Source: a virus
Taxonomy: Duplodnaviria > Heunggongvirae > Uroviricota > Caudoviricetes
Reading direction: 5' to 3' (one strand)
Length of the DNA: 37,416 nt
Virus record (IMG/VR): IMGVR_UViG_3300029911_000006
Shown here: positions 1 to 7,221 of the stretch, in pieces
Position numbering within the stretch: position 1 is the first letter of the stretch
Layout of the letters: the number at the start of each line of letters is the position of its first letter
Program-made: the position numbers and the translations under genes
The notes under the pieces: generated by a model
The model's input: only the letters and a program-made list of their open reading frames with translations
Databases searched by the model: none
What the model was told of the DNA's origin: nothing

Positions 1-438
1 CGCAAAATTGACGACCTATACTATGAAGACCTGCTGAGTGGTGTTGGTCTTCAGTCCGGTTGGAGCCCTATCTTCGACACCACCATCCTCTCCTCCGATG
101 CTGCCCCGAAGGCGGACAACCCTTCCACGGAAGCATACATCGTTGACCCCCAGACCCGCATGATGAAGAAGAACCCCGACTATAAAGTAGACAACCTCGC
201 CGAGGAAGCCTTCGCCGAGATGTGGGGTTCGGCTCAGTTTGACTGTGGTCCTGAAGACTACACCTACATGGGCGACGAGGCTGTCGCGGCTGTCAAGGCC
301 ATGGGGGAACTCACCAAGCTCGTTGGGTTGGTGGGCAACTCGACTGTGTACCCCGCTCTTGTGCAAGCCGTTAGTGACTTCTTAGTTACATCTCGGTGGG
401 TAGAGGCAATGTCAAAAACCAGTGAAGAAGACCGCTAA
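1..438 (+). CDS. Hypothetical protein, 5' truncated
   Basis: Frame 1 is open from base 1 (RKIDDLYYEDLL...) through the tracked 160..438 ORF to TAA at 436-438. Codon usage resembles neighbouring genes; no motif recognised. Confidence 0.7.
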   Translation, partial: RKIDDLYYEDLLSGVGLQSGWSPIFDTTILSSDAAPKADNPSTEAYIVDPQTRMMKKNPDYKVDNLAEEAFAEMWGSAQFDCGPEDYTYMGDEAVAAVKAMGELTKLVGLVGNSTVYPALVQAVSDFLVTSRWVEAMSKTSEEDR

Positions 439-479
439 GAAGGTCGCAAATAGGGCTCCGGCCAAAGGAAAGAGGAAGT

Positions 480-1007
480 ATGTCATCAGCCAACGCAAAA
501 CGCAAGAACATCCGCCCGTCCGCCAACAAGACTCATAAGAAGGCCATGCACTACATCCTCATGCTTGAGGCCGAGAATGAGAAGCTTCGCACCGACCCCG
601 AGACTGCTCTCGGTCAACTCATCCCTCAGATGCGTGAGGCCGTTGGGCAGAACAAGCGTCTGTCGGTTCTGTGTGCTTCCATCATCGAAGCACAGGGTGG
701 GAAAGTAACGCTCCCCAAATCCGCTCTCGATGCATTCGAGACCAAGGTTCTCAGCATCAAGTGGGAACTCCCCGAAGGCGTCACGGATGCAAGTCAGGCA
801 ACTGAGTTCATCTTCAGTTACGAGGCTCTGACTCAGGAGGAGGTCAACGCTCGTCAGCCGCAGATTACTGTGGCTCCGGCTGATGGAGGAGACCCTACCA
901 CTGTGGAATTATCTGAGCCGGTTGCGGATGAAGTATTTGAAGCGGACGTTGAAGATGCAGAGGTCGTGGATGTCATCGCCGAGGAAAGCACTGGCGTTGG
1001 ATTATAA
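480..1007 (+). CDS. Hypothetical protein with basic N-terminus and acidic C-terminal tail
   Basis: 175-aa ORF with a purine-rich SD (AAGGAAAGAGGAAG) directly upstream; no recognised domain. Confidence 0.8.
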   Translation: MSSANAKRKNIRPSANKTHKKAMHYILMLEAENEKLRTDPETALGQLIPQMREAVGQNKRLSVLCASIIEAQGGKVTLPKSALDAFETKVLSIKWELPEGVTDASQATEFIFSYEALTQEEVNARQPQITVAPADGGDPTTVELSEPVADEVFEADVEDAEVVDVIAEESTGVGL

Positions 1008-1116
1008 GATTTGCGCTAAGTGTCAAGAACCCTTTCCTACGTCCCAATTCCATAAGAATAGATGTAGTAAAGACGGTCTTCAATTTAACTGTAAAACCTG
1101 CTGTAACACCCTATGA
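997..1116 (+). pseudogene. Remnant of the zinc-binding N-terminus of a phage endonuclease VII/HNH-type protein
   Basis: TTG at 997 after GAGGAAAG gives MDYKICAKCQEPFPTSQFHKNRCSKDGLQFNCKTCCNTL*, a CxxC...F.K....DG....CxxC pattern typical of phage homing endonuclease N-termini. The DNA is locally AT-rich and no nuclease core follows. Confidence 0.5.
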
Positions 1117-1192
1117 AAAAGCTAAATCAAATAATCATCGTGTAGGAAAGCTTTTCCCCTCGTTAGTGAAGACCAAAAACGGGAGAAGTAAA

Positions 1193-1957
1193 ATGGGGAC
1201 GCGATTCAAGCAACAGACAATGGCATACTGGTGGAGGGAAGTGCCAAACTTCGGTGATGGTTTGGCACCCCTCCTTTTAGAGCATTTTGCTGATTTGGAA
1301 GTTGAGTGGGGGACTATATCCCATGCTCAGATAGAGTCAGTCGGGTCAATCTTGGAGCATATTCCGCCATTGTGGGACGGTGTGATTTTGGGTTCAGGGC
1401 GGCTGCTCGAAACCTCCCGGTTACATATTCAACAAATGACGAGTGGCATCACAGCTAAGATTCTGTCCCTTCGTGGTCCCCTCACAGCTAGGGGAATACC
1501 GGGTAGTTACGCGCTGGGCGATCCCGGAATTCTAGCGGATGAGTTGGTTGGACCTCAGGTGAAGCGATGGGACTTGGGTATCATCCCCCACTTCAGCGAC
1601 ACCATTCTCGTACCCAAGTTCAAAGCCGTTGTACCTGAAAAATACACTGTCCGTGTTATTCACCCAAGCGGAGACCCCCTCACTGTCCTCAAGGATATAG
1701 GGGCATGTCGTCGTATCGTCACATCATCGCTTCACGGTATGATTGTGGCCGATGCGTTCGGTATCCCTCGCCGGGTAGAGTACACCCCTAAGATGGATAA
1801 GGATGGGGGAGACTTCAAGTTCCGGGATTACAGTGCTAGTATCAACACACAGTTCATCATCGGCAAGATGCAGGAGCCGACGCGCACCAATGTTGAGGAA
1901 ATCAAGTACAACGTTTACGACGCCTACCGTTCGCTGGGAGGTCTATTGAAAGTATGA
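1193..1957 (+). CDS. Polysaccharide pyruvyltransferase family protein (ExoV-like)
   Basis: Motifs PNFGD.L.P.LL, GSIL, LRGPLT, LGDPG, LGIIPH and SSLHG.I.ADAFGIP. Start placed at ATG 1193 (GGAG 7 nt upstream) rather than GTG 1166. Confidence 0.85.
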   Translation: MGTRFKQQTMAYWWREVPNFGDGLAPLLLEHFADLEVEWGTISHAQIESVGSILEHIPPLWDGVILGSGRLLETSRLHIQQMTSGITAKILSLRGPLTARGIPGSYALGDPGILADELVGPQVKRWDLGIIPHFSDTILVPKFKAVVPEKYTVRVIHPSGDPLTVLKDIGACRRIVTSSLHGMIVADAFGIPRRVEYTPKMDKDGGDFKFRDYSASINTQFIIGKMQEPTRTNVEEIKYNVYDAYRSLGGLLKV

Positions 1958-2871
1958 CAATAACAATATTGACTATTCTAGGAGCGATGCTGATTATGTT
2001 GGGTTTAGGTTTGTTCCGCCGCGAGAAGAAGGGGGAAGGGGTCAGTATCATCATTCCCTTTCGTCCATCAGAGAAGGCTAAAGAACGGCTACGGAATGTC
2101 CTGTGGCTCAAGCAATATTGGGAGGTTCAACTTCCCGGAGCAGAGGTGATACTCGGAGACGACCCTGAAACGCATAGAGCCTTCAGCAAGTCCGTGGCTA
2201 TCAATGATGCGGTGTCCCGGTCTACCGGAGATGTGCTTGTTATCGTGGACGCCGATGGTTTTATCGCCATTGACCATGTGATGCACTGCGTCAATGAGAT
2301 TCGTCATGCTCGTGAGCGAGACCGTCGTCTGTGGTTTGTGCCCTACCGTCAGTTCTATCGTCTAAATGAGGAAGCCAGCGAACGGCTTCTTGCCAGTAGC
2401 CCTGCCAACCCGTACCCATTGGGGGAACCCCCTGACCTGAGCCTAACTATCAATGATACCAACCCTCGCACGGGTCACCACTATGGAGCGATGATTCATA
2501 TCGTTCCTCGCGAAGCTTTTGAGCTTGTAGGTGGTTGGGATGAGTCCTTCAGAGGATGGGGTGGCGAAGATCACGCTGCTATGAGGGCTATGGACACGCT
2601 GTACTGGCCTCACAAGACGCTCCCGACATCTGTGCTGCATGTCTGGCATCCCATGATTGGTAGTGACGGCGTGAAGCGGCAGGTAAGCTGGAAGGACAGG
2701 CGGTGGGAAGGGCAGGATGACCCCACTATCAACAACAAACTCAGTTATCGGTATTACTACTGTATGAACAAGCCGGAGATGATGCGGAAGCTGGTCGATG
2801 AGTGGAAGAAGCGCCACAAGCCGGAACCTTCACCCCTAAAGCCCCCGAAGCATCACCAACCATCAGTTTGA
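1954..2871 (+). CDS. GT-A fold glycosyltransferase (GT2/GT7C-like) with N-terminal transmembrane anchor
   Basis: Hydrophobic N-terminus (ITILTILGAMLIMLGLGLF), SIIIPFR, VLVIVDAD (DxD) and GGWDESFRGWGGED. Overlaps the pyruvyltransferase stop by 4 nt. Confidence 0.88.
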   Translation: MTITILTILGAMLIMLGLGLFRREKKGEGVSIIIPFRPSEKAKERLRNVLWLKQYWEVQLPGAEVILGDDPETHRAFSKSVAINDAVSRSTGDVLVIVDADGFIAIDHVMHCVNEIRHARERDRRLWFVPYRQFYRLNEEASERLLASSPANPYPLGEPPDLSLTINDTNPRTGHHYGAMIHIVPREAFELVGGWDESFRGWGGEDHAAMRAMDTLYWPHKTLPTSVLHVWHPMIGSDGVKRQVSWKDRRWEGQDDPTINNKLSYRYYYCMNKPEMMRKLVDEWKKRHKPEPSPLKPPKHHQPSV

Positions 2872-2890
2872 ATTTCAACCGACGAATAGA

Positions 2891-3157
2891 ACTCGTGGCT
2901 TATGTGGTGTTGGGCTACCGTTGGTCAGGTGGAACCAGCCAATTGTGAGGAGGAACTAAGTAAACTCACAACAGCCACTGATTGGCAACAATTGGGTTGC
3001 CTTGAAACACGAAGGTGCTGTACCCCACAGGATTAAGTTCCAACGCGGGTCAGCCGCTCTCACTGGGTTGCAAATTATCAGTGAGGATTTTAGCCCAAAC
3101 CTTCACAGGGGGCGGATGGATGTGGGACTTACCTCCCCTCTGTCCGCCCTCATTTTT
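2891..3157 (+). ncRNA. Candidate structured non-coding RNA with a pseudoknot
   Basis: Complementary pairs 2895-2900/2973-2978, 2910-2917/3091-3098 (crossing), 2943-2949/2965-2971, 2984-2989/2996-3001, 3011-3016/3099-3104, 3045-3048/3054-3057 and 3059-3065/3079-3085. Ends in a GC stem plus U-tract; no convincing ORF. Family not recognised. Confidence 0.5.
3110..3157 (+). terminator. Rho-independent terminator-like stem-loop
   Basis: GGGCGGA (3110-3116) pairs with TCCGCCC (3143-3149), the stem extends inward, and TTTTT follows at 3153-3157. Confidence 0.6.
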
Positions 3158-3166
3158 GATGTATAC

Positions 3167-3192
3167 AACTTTTCCAACTTCGGGTATTATAG
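3167..3192 (+). promoter_or_regulatory. Candidate phage promoter motif (AACTTT(T)CCAAC...TATTA(T/C)AG)
   Basis: AACTTTTCCAACTTCGGGTATTATAG lies just after the terminator; a near copy occurs at 27592-27612. Function is inferred. Confidence 0.35.
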
Positions 3193-3284
3193 GTAGACGG
3201 TGAGCGTAAGTCCTGAGTAAGCCCGGACGCCCTCAATAAGGGTATCCTAAGCACGGTGTAAACGTGTTGGTCTTTGGGTGCCAC

Positions 3285-3410
3285 CGGCTGCAAGAAGTGC
3301 CCGGAGTATCTAGGGTGTAACCCCAGCGACTGCACAGCGTGTGGGAGAACTGACTACCCGGATGATTACTGGCAGTAAGGCCGGGGGATAACGGGCACTT
3401 CTTGCAGCCG
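3285..3410. repeat. Perfect 19-bp inverted repeat enclosing 88 nt
   Basis: CGGCTGCAAGAAGTGCCCG (3285-3303) and its exact reverse complement CGGGCACTTCTTGCAGCCG (3392-3410). Confidence 0.97.
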
Positions 3411-3494
3411 TATACTAAACCAGCCACACAACTGGCACAAGGAGGGTTGACCATATGACAGTGCATTAGGAAACCATAAGGAGGATTCCAATTC

Positions 3495-4172
3495 ATGTCT
3501 ATGCTCAACACCATTCTGCACAAGGTGCTGGTCTTTCTGCGTATCCGTAAGGATACCAAGGATAACTACACCAACATCCGCGAACTCATCCCATTCTGGG
3601 ACTTCCAACTCTTCAACTCTGAAGACTTCAACCGCCGCTCTAAGCTGGTGGACGCCTACTATGCTGTCTGGCGTTTTTTCCACTATGGCTACGGCGACCC
3701 CCGCAACATTTACCACGACATTCGGGCATTCGTCCAGCGTGGTCGGAGGGGGTGGGCAGACCGGGATGTTTGGAGCTTAGATTCCTATCTCAATAGCTGG
3801 CTTCCTGACGCCCTCCGCAAGCTCAAGAAGGACAAGCACGGCGTCCCCATGGGTATGTTTGAGCCTGAGGACATGGACGAGCACGGCAACCCCTCTGAGG
3901 CTGGTATGAAGGCTGGCGAGACCCGCTGGAACATCATCATGGACAAGATGATTGCCGGGTTCGAGGCTAACAAGCGTCTTCAGGAGGGTCTCTACGAGGA
4001 AGAACTCGGCGAGTACCCGCTTGACCGTCCCTCTGGCGTATCCGCTGATGCTTGGCTCAAGGTAAAGAACAACCGCACCGCAGCCCTCCCCGTTCTCGAA
4101 GCCCGTGACCAGAAGATTTTTGAAGAGGGTGCAGAGTTGTTTATCAAAAATTTTCATTCGTTGTGGGATTAG
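3495..4172 (+). CDS. Hypothetical phage protein
   Basis: 225-aa ORF with strong SD AAGGAGG; the WSLD.YL...LP.AL..LK...G.P segment resembles uncharacterised phage proteins. Confidence 0.85.
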   Translation: MSMLNTILHKVLVFLRIRKDTKDNYTNIRELIPFWDFQLFNSEDFNRRSKLVDAYYAVWRFFHYGYGDPRNIYHDIRAFVQRGRRGWADRDVWSLDSYLNSWLPDALRKLKKDKHGVPMGMFEPEDMDEHGNPSEAGMKAGETRWNIIMDKMIAGFEANKRLQEGLYEEELGEYPLDRPSGVSADAWLKVKNNRTAALPVLEARDQKIFEEGAELFIKNFHSLWD

Positions 4173-4181
4173 GAGGACATC

Positions 4182-4316
4182 ATGGCTACCCCGAAGTATG
4201 GAATCGCAGTGGACTGGGCGAAGCATCTTCGTCCCAAAGGCCGGAAGAAATTCTGGAAGAAAATTCGCCGTAAGAACAAGAAGGACATCGCTGAAGCTCG
4301 TCAGGAGGCATCGTGA
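4182..4316 (+). CDS. Small basic protein (44 aa), not in the ORF track
   Basis: AGGAGG SD at 4171-4176 and ATG 4182 give MATPKYGIAVDWAKHLRPKGRKKFWKKIRRKNKKDIAEARQEAS*. It fills the gap exactly and overlaps the next start (GTGA). Confidence 0.8.
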   Translation: MATPKYGIAVDWAKHLRPKGRKKFWKKIRRKNKKDIAEARQEAS

Positions 4317-4675
4317 TTCAACATCAGCGGGAAGACCTCAAGCTCAAGACAGGAGACACCGCCTACTATCTTGTGGACGAGACGTACGGTGTCTTCGACC
4401 TTGTGACAATTCTTGGCGAGTGTGACGAAGGACAAGGCTACTCCGCTTTCAGTCCTTGGTGGGTGGCTAACTATCCTCCGAGGGAAGAAGGCGATAAGCC
4501 CGGTCACATCCACACTTGCAACAACACGCTCGTGAAAACGAAACGGGAGGCTCGGGATGAGACTATTCGCATCCTTCAAAAATCCCGCAAACATATGGTG
4601 CAGCAGCAGGGAGCATACTGTCGCGGCATCCAGTACATTGACTTTGTTCTATCTCGAAAAGGACGACACCCATGA
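4313..4675 (+). CDS. Hypothetical protein
   Basis: 120-aa ORF with GTG start and AGGAGG SD; 4-nt overlaps with both neighbours. Confidence 0.75.
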   Translation: MIQHQREDLKLKTGDTAYYLVDETYGVFDLVTILGECDEGQGYSAFSPWWVANYPPREEGDKPGHIHTCNNTLVKTKREARDETIRILQKSRKHMVQQQGAYCRGIQYIDFVLSRKGRHP

Positions 4676-5253
4676 GGACAAAACGTAAAATAACTAACAG
4701 CTTCGAGGCTTGGTGGTTTATCTACTCACACCCCAAGCTGAACGTACAGGACCGCTCCGAGGTCACACCTGAGGAAGCTGACAAGATGGAGGCCGAAGGC
4801 TTCCTCATCACCCGTGACACCGGGGGCAAGTGCTATCGCATCTGGCGTCATCTGTGGTGTCATGCTCTCGACCATAATCTTGACATCTTCTACGCCAGAG
4901 TCAACAAGGAGAGGGGAGGTCGGGTGGACGATGATAAGAGCAAGAACAAGTTCATCGAGTGCTGGCTTGAGTTCGGCCCCATCTACTATGGCTACGCCTA
5001 CTCGGGGGACAATAAGCCCATGGGTGATTGGGACGATACCACTCTGCTCCACCACTGCCACGACAGTGACCTCGACACAGGGGGCTCCACCTTCGATGAA
5101 GGTCTCATCCGCCTCGCCAAGAACGTCCTGAAGAAGTATGGGGACTACAACGACAAGCTGGCTGAACACCATTCAAAGCGGTGGTGCGGAAAACCCGTGT
5201 GTGGGGACTGCAAGGATACGAAGCGGATGTTGAAGGAGATGAAGCTTGACTAA
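4672..5253 (+). CDS. Hypothetical protein with C-terminal CxxxxCxxC
   Basis: 193-aa ORF coupled to the upstream gene (ATGA overlap); no family recognised. Confidence 0.8.
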   Translation: MRTKRKITNSFEAWWFIYSHPKLNVQDRSEVTPEEADKMEAEGFLITRDTGGKCYRIWRHLWCHALDHNLDIFYARVNKERGGRVDDDKSKNKFIECWLEFGPIYYGYAYSGDNKPMGDWDDTTLLHHCHDSDLDTGGSTFDEGLIRLAKNVLKKYGDYNDKLAEHHSKRWCGKPVCGDCKDTKRMLKEMKLD

Positions 5254-5699
5254 GGCTTCTTGAGAGACTTGCTCATTGCGATGGCCGGGGAGCCGTTGGA
5301 GTAATACTTTGGCTTGAACCCGGCCACGCGGTAGCCAGCTTTGAAGTAGAGCATCTGGGCTGGGTTGTCAATGTGGACTTCCAGCCTAATTTTCTTCAGG
5401 TCCTTGGTAGCGTAGAACTTCTCTACCTCTTCCAACAGAATCCTACCGAAACCTCTACCTTGATAGGCTGGGTCTACAACAAGAGAGACGATGTGCCCGG
5501 TGTCGCCATGGACTTCACCGAGCACATACCCCATAATCTCATTCTCGTACACCCCGGCTATAACGTCGCAGTCTTTGATGGCTGAGACGAAATCCTTTTT
5601 AGACCAGCGGAAGATTCGGCTGAAGCCCAGTTTCTCAAGCTCGTACATTCTGTCGATGTCACTAGGCTTGTAACCGTGCGTGATTGTAAGACCCTGCAC
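5250..5699 (-). CDS. GNAT acetyltransferase, RimI-like
   Basis: Acetyl-CoA motif A (VDPAYQGRGFGRILL) and LEV...N.A..LY.K.GY. The GTG start overlaps the upstream stop. Confidence 0.9.
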   Translation of the reverse strand: MQGLTITHGYKPSDIDRMYELEKLGFSRIFRWSKKDFVSAIKDCDVIAGVYENEIMGYVLGEVHGDTGHIVSLVVDPAYQGRGFGRILLEEVEKFYATKDLKKIRLEVHIDNPAQMLYFKAGYRVAGFKPKYYSNGSPAIAMSKSLKKP

Positions 5700-7096
5700 T
5701 ATATAGCCCCGGCCCGTTTTGCTTTACTCAGACCGGCGACGATTGCGGTGCCCTCATCCTTGTGAACGAAGCCGCGAATCTCTTGCTCCTTGATACGGTC
5801 AACAGCAGACTGCAAGTCACGAAGCTCCGTGCTCTCATAATCGCGGTAGTAATACCTACCGTTGACGTTGATGAACGGCTCCGTGAACATCGCGTGATTC
5901 AACTGAACCTTCTCTGCGAAGGGGTCAATGTAGGCGATGCAGAAGGAGTTCTGCCAGTTGGTCTTGGTGCTGGTATAGTCGGCATCCAGCTTGCACATGC
6001 AGCCGGTGGTCAACTTGTTGATGGGACCTTGGATGAGATGAACTTCCGAAGTCAACTCCGCCCGGTGAGTGTGTCCGCTTACCGTAGTCACGCCAAAGCT
6101 CTCGTAACCAGTATGGTTGCAAACCAAGCAGTTAAAGTACAGCTTGAAGTTCTTCGCCATCTCTTCCTTGATTTCCTTGGTCTGATACGCTGCCGTATTT
6201 CCTTTGGAGACAAGGTTGATTTCGTACTTGGGCAAGCCGAACAGAGCCGCCAAGTCCAGACCCATGAAGTCCATCAACGCCGCCATGTTCTCCGTACGGG
6301 AGGCCATGTGCTTCAGGATGCGAAGCTCGTGGTTTCCGATGATAAGGTCAATCTGAGCGTTGGGACAATACTTACGTAAGGGGGCGAAAATGTTCTCACG
6401 CACAAAGTCCATACGGAGCTTCATGTTGATTTTACGGGGGTCACGGTCGAAGTGGGAGAACTCGTACAGGTCGAAGATGTCACCGTTCAGAACAATGATG
6501 TCCGGCTGCTCGACTCGACAAGTGTCAAGGAAGACCGAGAGGACGAACAAGTCTACATCAATGTCGTGGAAGTCCGAAGCGATAACCATCTTCTTCATTC
6601 CCGGTTTGGCTTGATTGGCCTTGGGGAACTTTTCGACCCACGGCTCAATCTCCTCCCGGTAGAACTTACGAGCCTCATCCAAGGAGGCGTGCTTCGCGAT
6701 GTGCTTCTCAAGGTGTCGCTGACTGCGGCTTAGCTGGAGGCCAGCTTCTGAACGAAACTCCTCCATGGTACCAAAGTACCGGTTCCAAGTTTTCTCAGAA
6801 TAACGACCGGTCACCCGATAGAAGTTACGGCTGATGAAGTTATCCGGGTTTGCCTTCTGGACACCGCGCAGGTCGTTGATGCAGTCTTCCTTGGTTGCAT
6901 CAGGGTCGTACTTCTTACCACGCTCCGAGAGCATAGCTCTCTGGTTCTGAGTAAGTTTAGGCTCAGCATCGGCTGGCGTTGTGGGCTTCTTTGAGTCTTT
7001 CTTTTTAGTTGCCAATCGCGTCTTCCTCCAAACATCGTGTGCGCGTACATGGCGCATATAAGTAACTACGCGGTGCGCGTCATTAGTGAACTTCAT
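5699..7096 (-). CDS. Calcineurin-like metallophosphoesterase with N-terminal HTH-like repeat
   Basis: SDFHD, LNGDIFD, GNHE and SGHTHR motifs. The N-terminal KEDCINDLR...SRNFY...YSEKTWNRYFGT...EAGL segment resembles the homing-endonuclease-associated repeat. Confidence 0.85.
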   Translation of the reverse strand: MKFTNDAHRVVTYMRHVRAHDVWRKTRLATKKKDSKKPTTPADAEPKLTQNQRAMLSERGKKYDPDATKEDCINDLRGVQKANPDNFISRNFYRVTGRYSEKTWNRYFGTMEEFRSEAGLQLSRSQRHLEKHIAKHASLDEARKFYREEIEPWVEKFPKANQAKPGMKKMVIASDFHDIDVDLFVLSVFLDTCRVEQPDIIVLNGDIFDLYEFSHFDRDPRKINMKLRMDFVRENIFAPLRKYCPNAQIDLIIGNHELRILKHMASRTENMAALMDFMGLDLAALFGLPKYEINLVSKGNTAAYQTKEIKEEMAKNFKLYFNCLVCNHTGYESFGVTTVSGHTHRAELTSEVHLIQGPINKLTTGCMCKLDADYTSTKTNWQNSFCIAYIDPFAEKVQLNHAMFTEPFINVNGRYYYRDYESTELRDLQSAVDRIKEQEIRGFVHKDEGTAIVAGLSKAKRAGAI

Positions 7097-7221
7097 AGTT
7101 CACTCTTTGTGGCTGGACTCATACACTGAACCCATTGACTGATAATACGAAGGTTTTCAATTTCTCGACTCTGAAATCCAATGTAGAGACACACCTAACT
7201 CTGTTTTAACCAAGGGCATTT

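Noticed and set aside
1166-1192. ORF-track starts at 1166, 33023 and 36270
   Set aside because: Downstream ATGs at 1193 and 33059 have better SDs, and 36393 marks the start of the sirtuin domain; the extra N-terminal residues overlap other elements.
3441-3469. Minigene MTVH* behind a GGAGG
   Set aside because: Four codons only; there is no independent support for translation or a regulatory role.
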